Program-made: the position numbers and the translations under genes | In this document: positions 55,089-64,000 of the stretch, piece after piece | Layout: each line of letters begins with the position of its first letter | Numbering within the stretch: position 1 is the stretch's first letter | From: an uncultured Burkholderiaceae bacterium | Lineage (GTDB): Bacteria > Pseudomonadota > Gammaproteobacteria > Burkholderiales > Burkholderiaceae_E | Assembly: GCA_964476625.1 (NCBI GenBank) | Contig: CAYZBJ010000003.1 | Span: 26,802 to 90,801 of the forward strand | DNA: 64,000 nucleotides | Reading direction: 5' to 3' | Notes under the pieces: generated by a model | Databases searched by the model: none | What the model was told of the DNA's origin: nothing | The model's input: only the letters and a program-made list of their open reading frames with translations

Positions 55089-56000
55089 ATGGCCGATCCG
55101 ATCGACTGGACCCTGTACCGAACCTTCCTCGGCGTCCTCCAGGAGGGGTCGCTGTCGGGTGCGGCACGGGTGCTCGGCATCGCCCAACCGACGGCGGGCC
55201 GGCATGTCGCCGCCCTCGAGCGCGCCCTGCGGGTGGCGCTGTTCACCCGCTCGCCGACCGGGCTGCAGCCGACCGCAGCGGCGCTGGCCCTGCAGCCCCT
55301 CGCCAAGGCCATGGCCGACACCGCCGCCTCGCTGGAACGGGCGGCGGCGGCCCGGGTCGAGGGCGGGCTGGAGGCGGTGCGCGGCGTCGTGCGAATCACC
55401 GCCAGCGACGTCATCGGCCTCGAAGTGCTGCCACCGGCCTTCGCCCGCCTGCGCGACCGTTACCCCGGACTCGTGCTCGAGCTCGCGCTGACCGACCGGG
55501 TCGAAGACCTCCTGCACGGCGAAGCCGACATCGCGGTTCGGATGGTCCGGCCGAACCAGGAGCGGCTGATCGCCCGCCGCATCGGCGAGGTCCAGCTCGG
55601 CATGTACGCGAGCCGGGACTATGTCGCCCGCCACGGCATGCCCGCCGATACCGCCGCGCTGCTCGAGCGTTCGCTGGTCGGATTCGATCGCGAGACGCCG
55701 TTCCTGCGCGACGCGGCCCGGCGCCTCGGCGGCATCGGGCGCGAGACCTTCGCCCTGCGCTGCGACAGCAATTTCGCGCAGCTCGCCCTGATCCGCGCCG
55801 GCGCCGGCATCGGCATGTGCCAGGTCGCGCTCGCCGGGCATGGCGAACCCTTGCTGCGCGTCCTGCCCGGGGACTTCTCGCTGTCGCTCGAAGTCTGGCT
55901 GACGATGCACGAGGACCTGCGCAACAGTCCGCATTGCCGGGTCGTGTTCGATGCCCTCGTGCAGGCGCTGACCGCGCATGTTTCGCCGGGCACTCCATGA
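55089..56000 (+). CDS. LysR-family transcriptional regulator
   Basis: ATG 55089. It has the N-terminal wHTH (FLGVLQEGSLSGAARVLGIAQPTAGRHVAALE) and a C-terminal substrate-binding domain. Confidence 0.9.
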   Translation: MADPIDWTLYRTFLGVLQEGSLSGAARVLGIAQPTAGRHVAALERALRVALFTRSPTGLQPTAAALALQPLAKAMADTAASLERAAAARVEGGLEAVRGVVRITASDVIGLEVLPPAFARLRDRYPGLVLELALTDRVEDLLHGEADIAVRMVRPNQERLIARRIGEVQLGMYASRDYVARHGMPADTAALLERSLVGFDRETPFLRDAARRLGGIGRETFALRCDSNFAQLALIRAGAGIGMCQVALAGHGEPLLRVLPGDFSLSLEVWLTMHEDLRNSPHCRVVFDALVQALTAHVSPGTP

Positions 56001-56243
56001 GCCGAGGCCGGACGGTAGTGTTGCGAGTAAGCGCTCGCCAGCAGCAAATCGACACTGGAACGGGCCCGATATTTGCATGGGGTGCGCCGGGCGAGCGGCG
56101 ACTCATCCAGCAGGCATTCGACATGCCGATTCAGCGCCCCGACCGAAAGGCGACAAGGTAGACTCGACCCGCAGTACCGTACCGCCCGGCTCCGGTCATC
56201 GCATCGAGGCCCGGCGCTTCTGCCAATCTCAGGAGAACGACCC

Positions 56244-56630
56244 ATGGGTTTCTTCAGCAAGATCCTCGACAAGCTCGGCATCGGCAGCGCACAGGCCGCC
56301 GAAGCTCCCGCCCAGACGGCCGCGCCGGCCGGTGGCGCCGCACCGGCGGCCCAACCGCAGGCGATCCCGGTGGTCGACGTCGTCGCCCAGCTCGAGCAGC
56401 GCGCTGCCGCCAATCCGCAGAAGCTCAACTGGCGCACCTCGATCGTCGATCTGCTCAAGCTGCTCGACATCGACAGCAGCCTCGCCGCGCGCAAGGAACT
56501 CGCCACCGAGCTCGGCTGCCCGGCCAACCTGATGTCCGACTCGGCGCAGATGAACATGTGGCTGCACAAGAAGGTGCTCGAGCGCATCGCGGCCAATGGC
56601 GGCAACGTGCCCGCCGACCTCCTCGACTGA
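56244..56630 (+). CDS. DUF3597-family protein
   Basis: AGGAGA SD. It has the N-terminal MGFFSKILDKLG, an Ala/Pro linker and a conserved C-terminal block (LNWRTSIVDLLKLLD.DSS...R.ELA.ELG). Confidence 0.6.
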   Translation: MGFFSKILDKLGIGSAQAAEAPAQTAAPAGGAAPAAQPQAIPVVDVVAQLEQRAAANPQKLNWRTSIVDLLKLLDIDSSLAARKELATELGCPANLMSDSAQMNMWLHKKVLERIAANGGNVPADLLD

Positions 56631-56669
56631 GCGAATCGCGGGCGAGCCCCGCCAACCTGGGAGCAGGCA

Positions 56670-57302
56670 ATGCAGATCACCGACCTCCTCGCCCAGATGG
56701 GCGGGCTCGACTCGATGTCGCGCGAACTCGGCGTCAACCAGCAACAGGCGGCCTCCGGCATCGAGGCGCTGCTGCCGGCGATCCTCGGCGGCCTCAAGAA
56801 GCAGGCGCAGGCGCAGCCCGGCGGGGTCGAAGGCCTCGGCGGGCTGCTCGGCCAGCTCGGCGGCGGCTCGCTGCTCGACGACGTGCTCGCGCCGGAACCG
56901 ACCCATGTCGAACGCGGCAACGACGTCCTCGGCCAGATCTTCGGCTCGAAGGACGTCAGCCGTACCGTCGCGCAGAACGCGGCCGCGACCTCCGGGCTCG
57001 ATCCTTCGCTGTTGAAGAAGATGCTGCCCATGCTGGCGATGCTCGTCGCCGGCTTCGTCGCCAGGCAGGGTTCGGCTGGCCAGGCCCAGGCCGCGCCGGG
57101 TGAAGGCGGCCTCGGTGGCCTCGGTAGCGTACTGGGCGGCGGCGCCGGAGGAGGCCTCGGTGGCCTGCTGGGCGGCCTGCTCGGCGGGGGTGGCGGCAAC
57201 GCCGCCGGCGGCGGGCTCGGCGGCCTGGGCGCGATGCTCGACCTCAACGGCGACGGCAATCCGCTCGACGACATCATGCGGATGATGGCCGGCAAGCGTT
57301 AG
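56670..57302 (+). CDS. DUF937-family protein with Gly-rich linker
   Basis: Carries the DUF937-like N-terminus (LLAQMGG.....ELG......A....LLPAILGGL) and the C-terminal LDLNGDGNPLDDI. Confidence 0.55.
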   Translation: MQITDLLAQMGGLDSMSRELGVNQQQAASGIEALLPAILGGLKKQAQAQPGGVEGLGGLLGQLGGGSLLDDVLAPEPTHVERGNDVLGQIFGSKDVSRTVAQNAAATSGLDPSLLKKMLPMLAMLVAGFVARQGSAGQAQAAPGEGGLGGLGSVLGGGAGGGLGGLLGGLLGGGGGNAAGGGLGGLGAMLDLNGDGNPLDDIMRMMAGKR

Positions 57303-57386
57303 CCGGAAAAGCTCACGCGCCCGGGCCGCACATCCGGCCTTCCTTGTCGACAGGCGTGTGGGGAACCGCCGCCGGCGACTGCGGCC

Positions 57387-57881
57387 TCAGCCGCGCGCCG
57401 GCCGCTCGAGATAGGCCTGCGTCTCGGGGCGATCCCGGAGCCTTTCGGTCCAGCGCCCGAAGACCTTGTCCATGCGGGCCGGCTCGACGCCGAGCTGGTG
57501 CATCGCCACGCCGCCGTTGACCGATTCGCGGTACTCGGCGATGAGCCCGTCGCGCAGCACGAACCGGCTCATGCCGTCGATCACCACGAAGCGGCCCTTG
57601 AACTGTTCGATGCGCGACGAGAAACTCGACAGCGACCAGGCGTAGGCGATCTCGCCATTGCAGACCGGGTCGAACATCTCCCAGCGATAGTCGTCGCCGG
57701 CGTCGCGGTGGAACAGGTTCGACATCATGTCGGCGATGTCGGCCCGGCCGTGATGGGCGCCGTAGATGTAGTCGTAGTAGATGCCGTCCTCGGTGAAGCA
57801 GCGCGCGAAGCGCTCGCCGTCGCCGGACTCGGCGGCCAAGGTGAATTCGTCGAGCAGCCGGACGAAATCGTCCTGGGTCAT
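57387..57881 (-). CDS. NTF2-like (SnoaL-type) protein
   Basis: ATG 57881 overlaps the ligase stop (ATGA). About 164 aa with a SnoaL-like pattern (F....F.EDG.Y.D). Confidence 0.6.
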   Translation of the reverse strand: MTQDDFVRLLDEFTLAAESGDGERFARCFTEDGIYYDYIYGAHHGRADIADMMSNLFHRDAGDDYRWEMFDPVCNGEIAYAWSLSSFSSRIEQFKGRFVVIDGMSRFVLRDGLIAEYRESVNGGVAMHQLGVEPARMDKVFGRWTERLRDRPETQAYLERPARG

Positions 57882-59410
57882 GAGCGGGGCTCCTGGTCGG
57901 GTGGATCGATGGTCGGGGCGGCGGCGATCGCGCGCAGTCGCAGGCGGTCGACCTTGCCGGTCGCATTGCGCGGCAAGGCGTCGACGACCCGGATCTCGCG
58001 TGGCACCTTGTAGCGCGCCAGGCATTCGTTGCAATGGGCGAGCAGCGCGCGGGCATCGATCGGCGCACTGCCGTCGGCGGCGACGACGAAGGCGATGATC
58101 CGCTCGCCGAGGCGCTCGTCGGGGGCGCCGATCGCGGCGACCTCGAGCACGCCCTCGAAGCGGTGGACAGCCTCCTCGATCTCGCGCGGATAGACGTTGT
58201 AGCCCCCGGTGATGATCATTTCCTTCTTGCGGTCGACGATGAAGAGGAAGCCGTCCTCGTCGATGCGGCCGATGTCGCCGGTGCGCAGCCAGCCCTCGCC
58301 GAAGGTCTGCGCGGTCAGCACCGGATTGCGGAAGTAGCCGCGGGCGATGCCGGGGCCGCGCAGCAGCAGCTCGCCCGCTTCGCCGGCGGGCAGGTCATGG
58401 CCCGCATCGTCGACGATGCGCATCTCGACGCCGAGGTACGGCTGGCCCGCCGAGCCCGGCTTGCGCATGCCGTGGAAGCGGTTGCCGGTGACCGAGGGGC
58501 TCGCCTCGGTCATGCCATAGCCTTCGGAGATGAGCACCCCGAAGCGGCGCTCGAAGCGCTCGTGGACATCGATCGGCAGGGCCTGGCCGCCCGAGACGCA
58601 GGCCCGCCAGCACGACAGGTCGAGGCCCGCGGGCAGCTCGGCGCGCGCCATCGTCCAGTACATCGTCGGCACACCCATGAACACCGTCGCCCGGGTCGCC
58701 GCCAGTCCGGCCAGGACCGCCTGCGGGTCGAAGTCGTCGGTGATGAAGAACGATGCACCGGCGAAGAGGAAACTCGAGAACAGGCAGGTATGGCCGAAGA
58801 CGTGCGACAGCGGCAGGGCGGTGTAGCCGACGTCGTCCGGGGTCAGCCGCAGCAGGTCGAAGGCGAAGGCCTGCGCGTTCCAGAAGATGTTGGCATGGCT
58901 GAGCTCGATCCCCTTGGGCAGGCCGGTCGAGCCCGAGGAGTAGAGAATCAGCGCGGTCGCGGCGGGGTCGGCCGGCGGGATCGGCCGGGGCTCGGCCTCG
59001 CCGTCGGCGAGCCCCGACCCGAGTTCGAGCCACGCCGGCGTGCAGGCCGCCGGCGCCGCGGCGCGCACGGCTGCGAGCACGGTCGCCTCGGCGACCACGA
59101 CGGCCGGTTCGCAGTCGCCGATGATGCCAGCGAGCTCGGCCGGCGCGAGCCGGGCGTTGACCGGCACCGGGATCGCGCCCGCCTGCAACGCGCCCTGGTA
59201 GACGATCGCCCAGGCGAGCGAGTTCGGGATCACGAAGACGACGCGCCCGCCCGGCCCGACCCCGGCTTCGCGCAGGCGCCGCGCGCAGGCAGCGGCGCGA
59301 CGATCGAACTGGCCATAGGTGAGCGCACCGCTCCGATCGGCGATCGCCGGCGTATCGGGCGTGCGCCGCGCATGGTGGCGCAGGAAATGACCGAGGCTGA
59401 AGCTCGTCAT
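57878..59410 (-). CDS. AMP-dependent acyl-CoA synthetase/ligase
   Basis: ATG 59410 (MTSFSLG). It has the AMP-binding motifs YSSGSTGLPKG, GYGMTE, TGD.G..DEDG...I.DR.K and the terminal GKVDR. Confidence 0.9.
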   Translation of the reverse strand: MTSFSLGHFLRHHARRTPDTPAIADRSGALTYGQFDRRAAACARRLREAGVGPGGRVVFVIPNSLAWAIVYQGALQAGAIPVPVNARLAPAELAGIIGDCEPAVVVAEATVLAAVRAAAPAACTPAWLELGSGLADGEAEPRPIPPADPAATALILYSSGSTGLPKGIELSHANIFWNAQAFAFDLLRLTPDDVGYTALPLSHVFGHTCLFSSFLFAGASFFITDDFDPQAVLAGLAATRATVFMGVPTMYWTMARAELPAGLDLSCWRACVSGGQALPIDVHERFERRFGVLISEGYGMTEASPSVTGNRFHGMRKPGSAGQPYLGVEMRIVDDAGHDLPAGEAGELLLRGPGIARGYFRNPVLTAQTFGEGWLRTGDIGRIDEDGFLFIVDRKKEMIITGGYNVYPREIEEAVHRFEGVLEVAAIGAPDERLGERIIAFVVAADGSAPIDARALLAHCNECLARYKVPREIRVVDALPRNATGKVDRLRLRAIAAAPTIDPPDQEPRS

Positions 59411-59555
59411 TTTCCGCCTCTCGCCAGCGGCGCAACCGGATTGGCCACCGCGTTCTTCCATCTGCCCACTTTGGATCCCGGTTCGAGTTGATGCCGGCGC
59501 GCACGGGCGTGGGCCCCGCCGAGCGCGTCCGGCGTGGGCGATTGTAATGGCGCGC

Positions 59556-60821
59556 TCAGAGCTGCGAGCGCAACGGCCGCACGATGGCCTCCTTGATCCG
59601 CTCGCGCAGCGGCCGGGCCCGCCAGTCGGCCAAGGTGTAGGGCCGGGCCACGGCGAGATCGGCCTCGAAAACGGCGGTCATGCGGGCGGCGAGCGCACGC
59701 GAATAGGCGTTGAGGCTCGCCTCCTCGTTGAGCTCGAAGGAGCGGACATCGAAATTGGTCGAGCCGACCGAGACCAGCTCGCCGTCGACCACCAGCAGCT
59801 TGTTGTGCATCATCGTCGGCTGGTACTCGGCGATCTCGATGCCGGCCTCGAGCAGCCGGCCCCATTGGGCGCGCGACGCGAGGCGCACCGCCTCCGAGTC
59901 GATGTGCGGGCCCGGCACCACGACCCGGATCCGCACCCCGCGCCCGCGGGCTTCGAGCAAGGCCCGATTGATCATCGCGTCGGGCACGAAGTAGGCGGCC
60001 TGCAGGTCGATCGACTCGACCGCCGCGGCGATCGCCATCAGGTACATCAGGCGCATGCTCTCGCTGCCGCCGGCCGGCGAGGCGATGAACATCTGCGCCG
60101 GGATCTCGCCGGCCGGCTCGAGCGCGGGGAAGTAACCGGCGCCGTCGAGCACCGTGCCGGTGGCGCGAATCCAGTTGTCGTTGAATGCCGCCTGGAACTG
60201 GGCGACCACCGGTCCCTCGGCCCGGAAATGCATGTCGCGCCAGTGTTCCGGGTCACCGGCATCGCCATCCCACTGGTCGGCGATGCCGACCCCGCCGGTG
60301 AAGCCGATGCGCCCGTCGACGACGAGCAGCTTGCGGTGGGTGCGGTTGTTCATCCGCCCCACGTTGTACCAGCGTAGCGGCCGGAAATGCCGGACGTCGA
60401 CGCCGGCCTCGCGCATGCGCTCGATCAGGGCGGGATCCATCTTCAGGCTGCCGACCCAGTCGAGCAGCACCCTGACCTCGACGCCGGCGCCGGCGCGCTC
60501 AGCCAGGCTCGAGGAGAAGCGCTCGCCGATGTCGCCCGACCAGTAGATGTAGGTCTCGAAGGTGATCGTGCGACGCGCCGACGCGATCGCCTCGAGCATG
60601 GCGGGGAAGATCTCGCGACCATTCTGCAAGTCGTCGATCCGGTTGCCCGGCACGATGCCCGGGCCCAGCAGCACCGCCATCTCGCGACGGAACTGCGGGT
60701 CGGCGAGCGGATGGCGATGGGCGACGCGACGCTCGATCCGCTTCTCGGACGTCTTGGTGTTGGCCACCACGATCGCGACGAGCGCGAGCGCCAGGGCAGT
60801 GGCGAGCACGATCCATGTCAT
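59556..60821 (-). CDS. cls: Cardiolipin synthase (PLD family)
   Basis: ATG 60821 (MTWIVLATALALALVAIVV TM anchor). It has two HKD motifs (NNRTHRKLLVVDG.IGFTGG and MHNKLLVVDGELVSVGSTNFD). Confidence 0.85.
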   Translation of the reverse strand: MTWIVLATALALALVAIVVANTKTSEKRIERRVAHRHPLADPQFRREMAVLLGPGIVPGNRIDDLQNGREIFPAMLEAIASARRTITFETYIYWSGDIGERFSSSLAERAGAGVEVRVLLDWVGSLKMDPALIERMREAGVDVRHFRPLRWYNVGRMNNRTHRKLLVVDGRIGFTGGVGIADQWDGDAGDPEHWRDMHFRAEGPVVAQFQAAFNDNWIRATGTVLDGAGYFPALEPAGEIPAQMFIASPAGGSESMRLMYLMAIAAAVESIDLQAAYFVPDAMINRALLEARGRGVRIRVVVPGPHIDSEAVRLASRAQWGRLLEAGIEIAEYQPTMMHNKLLVVDGELVSVGSTNFDVRSFELNEEASLNAYSRALAARMTAVFEADLAVARPYTLADWRARPLRERIKEAIVRPLRSQL

Positions 60822-60864
60822 GCGCCCATTGTCGTACGATCCTTCCTGTCGCACACGGAACCCG

Positions 60865-62136
60865 ATGCCCGCAAACCGATCCACGGCGCCGATCTGGGTG
60901 GCGCTGGCCGCCCTGATCGCGGCGTTCGCCCTGAGCCACGCGTTTCGCACGGTCGTCACGCTGGTCGCACTGCCCCTGCGCGTGGAGCTCGGCCTGCGCG
61001 ACGATGCAATCGGCATCGTCGGCGGCGCGTTCCATCTCGCGTTCGGGATCATGCAGCTGCCGGTCGGGATCATGCTCGACCAGTACGGTCCCCGGCGCAC
61101 CATCCTGGTCGCCTTCCCGGCCGCGGTGCTCGGCGCGGCCATCACCGCAAGCGCCAGCGGCGTGCCCGCGCTGCTGGTCGGCCAGTGGCTGATCGGCATC
61201 GGCTGCGCCCCCTGCTTCCTCGCGACCCTCATCGTCATCAGCCGCTCGCGGCCCCCGGCCGAGTTCTCGCGCCTGTCGGGCATCGTGCTGGGCATCGGCA
61301 GCGCCGGCATGCTCATCACCGGCACCCCGCTCGCCTGGGTGGTCGAAACCGTCTCGTGGCGAGCCGCCTTCTGGCTGCTCACCGCGGTCTCGGCGGCGGC
61401 CTGGGCCTGGTGCTGGGCGGTCGTGCCCGGCGAGCCCGCCGACCGCCAGCACGAGCGCTCGAAGCACGCGGCCGCCCTGCGCGAGGTCGGCCACATCCTG
61501 CTCAATCGCCACATGCTCGGCATGATCGCCCTCGGCTCGGTCACTTATGCGTCGTTCATCAGCCTGCGCGGGCTCTGGCTGGTGCCGCTGATGTCCGACC
61601 GGCACGGCTTCAGCCTGGTCGAGAGCGGCCACGTCGCCCTGCTGGGCTCGATCATGGCGCTGATCGGGCCGCTGATCGCCGGCCGCCTCGACCCCGGCGG
61701 CCGGGGACGCCGCCTGCTCATCGCCGGCTGCAGCATCGGCTATGCGGCGATGTTCGCGGTGCTCGCGATCGGCACCTCGCCGCTGGGCGACGCGGGCCTG
61801 ACCCTGGTGCTGGCCATCGTCAGCGGCTACATGCTCCTGCACTACTCGGAGGTGCGCGAGATCTGGCCGCCCGAGATGTCGGGACGGGCGCTGGCGCTGT
61901 TCAACTCGGCGATGTTCCTCGGCGTGGCCGCCATGCAGTGGGCGAGCGGCACGGCCGCGGCCGCCGCCCACCCGATCGGCGCGGGCCCGGTCGCGGCGGC
62001 CTTCTGGACCATCGCCGCAATGCTGCTGGTGGGCACCGCGCTCTACCTGGTGCTGCGACCCTTCCCGCGCATCAGCAGCGCCGGCAGCATCACCGCAGCG
62101 AACAGCAGCGCGCAGGCGAAGAAGCATTCGCGGTAG
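60865..62136 (+). CDS. MFS transporter
   Basis: ATG 60865 (alternative 60820). About 12 TM segments, with the MFS loop motif GIMLDQYGPRR between TM2 and TM3. Confidence 0.75.
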   Translation: MPANRSTAPIWVALAALIAAFALSHAFRTVVTLVALPLRVELGLRDDAIGIVGGAFHLAFGIMQLPVGIMLDQYGPRRTILVAFPAAVLGAAITASASGVPALLVGQWLIGIGCAPCFLATLIVISRSRPPAEFSRLSGIVLGIGSAGMLITGTPLAWVVETVSWRAAFWLLTAVSAAAWAWCWAVVPGEPADRQHERSKHAAALREVGHILLNRHMLGMIALGSVTYASFISLRGLWLVPLMSDRHGFSLVESGHVALLGSIMALIGPLIAGRLDPGGRGRRLLIAGCSIGYAAMFAVLAIGTSPLGDAGLTLVLAIVSGYMLLHYSEVREIWPPEMSGRALALFNSAMFLGVAAMQWASGTAAAAAHPIGAGPVAAAFWTIAAMLLVGTALYLVLRPFPRISSAGSITAANSSAQAKKHSR

Positions 62137-63611
62137 CCCATCGTGCTGGCCTGGGCGACGACAATTCGCCCGAGGTAGTCGAAGGCGCCCGCCTGGCGCA
62201 GGGTCTCGGGAATGCCGAGTTGCGCATGCAGGCCCTCGAGCTGGCGCAGCAGTTCGCCGGTCGCGCTGTTGGCGGCGTCCTGGGTGGCGACGAATGCCTC
62301 GACGTGGAACTGGCTGCGCCGCTCGAGCATCACCGACAGGCCGTTGACGCCGAGCGCGCCGCCGAGCTGGCGCACGAAGTTCACCGCGCCCGAGCCTTGC
62401 GCGAGCAACGCGGTCGGCAGGGCCTGCAGGGCGCCGGCGTTGAGCGCCGGCATGATCAGCGCGAGCCCGATCCGCCCGAGCATCATCCACCAGGCGGCGG
62501 TCCAGAAGCCGGTGTCGACATCGATGCCCGTCTGCAGCAGGGACGACAGGGCGAACAGCGCCGAGCCGGCGACGATCATCTGCCAGGCGGCGAAGCGGTC
62601 GGTGAGGCGACCGGCGATCGGAAAGACGAGGGTCAGGATCAGGCCCGCCGGCATCAGCAGCAGGCCGGCGCGGGTGGCGGTGTAGCCCTGGATCGTCTGC
62701 ACGAACAGCGGCATCAGGTAGGTCGAGCCGTAGATGCCGGCGCCGAAGATCAGCGCCACCGCCGAGGCGGCCGCAAATGTCCGGTTCGCATAGAGCTTCA
62801 GGTTCAGCATCGGCGCCGGGGTGACCAGCTCCCAGGCCACGAAGGCGACCCCGGCCACCGCCGCCATCGCGAAATCGCCAAGGATCGCGTGCGAGCGCCA
62901 GCCGTCGCGCTGGCCGTGCGACAGGCCGTCGAGCAGCACGAGCAGGAAGAGCGACAGCAGGGCGAAGCCGATCCAGTCGAAGCGGCGCCGTGGCCCGCTC
63001 GCCGCGCGACCCGGCATGAAGAGCAGCGCCATGAAGGCGCCGAGCGCACAGACCGGCACCGCCATGAAGAAGACATACCGCCAGCTCGCGACGTCGACCA
63101 CCATGCCGCCCAGGGTGGGGCCGAGCGCCGGCGCGAGCACGACGCCCACGCCGTAGACGCCCATCGCCTGGCCGCGCCGGTCGGCCGGGAAGACCTGGAA
63201 GATCACCTGCATCGCGAGCGGCTGGAGCAGCCCCGCGGCGGCGCCCTGCAGCACCCGGCCGAGCACGAGGATCGGCTCGGTCGGCGCGAGCCCGCCCATC
63301 ACCGACCCGATGATGAAGACCGCCACCGCGCCGATGTAGGTATCGCGCTGCCCGAAGGATTCGACCATCCAGGCGTTGAGCAGCATCGTGCCGGTCATCG
63401 CGGCGAGAAAACCGGTCGACAGCAGCTGCACCTTGTCGAGGCCCATGCCGAACGCGCCCATGATGTCGGGCAGCGCGACGTTCACGCTGGTGGCGGTCAG
63501 CACCGTCGAGAAGGTGCCGAGCATCACGGTGACGGTGACCAGCCAGCGATAGGCCGGACCATAGCGGGCGAACAGGCTTGCCGTATCGTCCGCCCGGGCC
63601 ACCTCAGTCAC
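62043..63611 (-). CDS. DHA2-type MFS efflux pump (EmrB/QacA family, 14 TM)
   Basis: The GTG start at 63611 overlaps the preceding HlyD-family gene by 8 nt. It has the EmrB-like N-terminus (TATSVNVALPDI...F) and the motif A-like GRVLQG. Confidence 0.85.
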   Translation of the reverse strand: MTEVARADDTASLFARYGPAYRWLVTVTVMLGTFSTVLTATSVNVALPDIMGAFGMGLDKVQLLSTGFLAAMTGTMLLNAWMVESFGQRDTYIGAVAVFIIGSVMGGLAPTEPILVLGRVLQGAAAGLLQPLAMQVIFQVFPADRRGQAMGVYGVGVVLAPALGPTLGGMVVDVASWRYVFFMAVPVCALGAFMALLFMPGRAASGPRRRFDWIGFALLSLFLLVLLDGLSHGQRDGWRSHAILGDFAMAAVAGVAFVAWELVTPAPMLNLKLYANRTFAAASAVALIFGAGIYGSTYLMPLFVQTIQGYTATRAGLLLMPAGLILTLVFPIAGRLTDRFAAWQMIVAGSALFALSSLLQTGIDVDTGFWTAAWWMMLGRIGLALIMPALNAGALQALPTALLAQGSGAVNFVRQLGGALGVNGLSVMLERRSQFHVEAFVATQDAANSATGELLRQLEGLHAQLGIPETLRQAGAFDYLGRIVVAQASTMGYRECFFACALLFAAVMLPALLMRGKGRSTR

Positions 63612-64000
63612 CGGTGCGCATCTCGAGCTCGACCATCATGCCCGGCTTGAGCAGGCCGTCGCGCTGTTCGATCGCCACGCGCACCGGCAGGCGCTGGCTG
63701 ATCTTGGTGAAGTTGCCGCTCGGGTTCGGATTGGGCAGCAGCGCGAACTCGCTGGTCGCGGCATGGCCGACCTGGGTGACCCGACCCTCGAAGCGCTCGC
63801 CCGGCAGCGCGTCGACGCGGATCGACACCGGCTGGCCCGGGGCGAAATGGCGGATGTCGGTCTCACGGACATTCGCCTCGACGCGCACCCGCGCCGGGTC
63901 GTGGACCATGAGCAGGCGCTGGCCGGGCGCGACGTACTCGCCGACATCGGTGAAGACCCGGTCGACGACGCCGTCGAAAGGCATCACGAGCCGTCGATCG
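63604..64000 (-). CDS. HlyD/EmrA-family membrane fusion protein, C-terminal part (5' end outside window)
   Basis: The ORF is open to the window edge. It has the conserved C-terminal beta-barrel/MPD segment (V.A.V.E.DI......GQPV.I.VDA.PG..F.G.V) and a tail of SGNFTKI.QR.PVR. Confidence 0.8.
   Translation of the reverse strand, partial: DRRLVMPFDGVVDRVFTDVGEYVAPGQRLLMVHDPARVRVEANVRETDIRHFAPGQPVSIRVDALPGERFEGRVTQVGHAATSEFALLPNPNPSGNFTKISQRLPVRVAIEQRDGLLKPGMMVELEMRTGD

Noticed and set aside
60387-63650. 1087-aa plus-strand ORF, and the 29734-31245 (503 aa) and 44680-46305 (541 aa) minus-strand ORFs
   Set aside because: They have the same GC-artefact character and each overlaps well-supported genes on the opposite strand (cls/EmrB, VUT/queC, the cls-like gene).
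1-64000. Search for tRNA, rRNA, tmRNA, integrase, transposase, prophage or toxin-antitoxin genes
   Set aside because: No sequence or ORF with the corresponding hallmarks was recognised by eye. Absence cannot be proven without tRNAscan or Infernal and HMM searches.

Overview
High-GC (about 68-70%) chromosomal segment whose gene content looks betaproteobacterial (Rhodocyclales/Burkholderiales-like); this is a guess from gene content, not a verified assignment. About 60 protein genes are supported, most of them housekeeping or metabolic. They include dprA-topB, a Csu-type (spore-coat-U) archaic chaperone-usher pilus cluster of lower GC, and an orphan acid-catabolism cluster (DUF35/thiolase, TetR, ADP-forming acyl-CoA synthetase, ACAD, SDR, TRAP transporter). 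Also present are a UvrD-like helicase, queC plus a VUT/YhhQ transporter, a phasin, a cobalamin riboswitch driving btuB-btuCDF, GSTs, two PLD-type cardiolipin synthases, SDRs and EmrAB-type efflux. No rRNA, tRNA, CRISPR array, transposase or integrase was seen. The ORF track uses GTG/TTG starts and contains many long antisense ORFs that are GC artefacts, so several starts were re-placed using ATG plus Shine-Dalgarno evidence. The best candidate for an undescribed system is a tightly coupled EamA / NERD-nuclease-SF1-helicase / TerB operon at 32792-35908. Other unexplained items are a 667-bp gene-free convergent spacer with 3 x 47-bp tandem repeats (29891-30557), a palindromic REP-like element at two convergent gene junctions, a candidate terminator-bearing sRNA (about 44757-44985, minus strand) and a J-domain/Zn-ribbon/PilZ fusion coupled to a MOSC protein. 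All functional calls rest on motif recognition by eye and no database search was possible.
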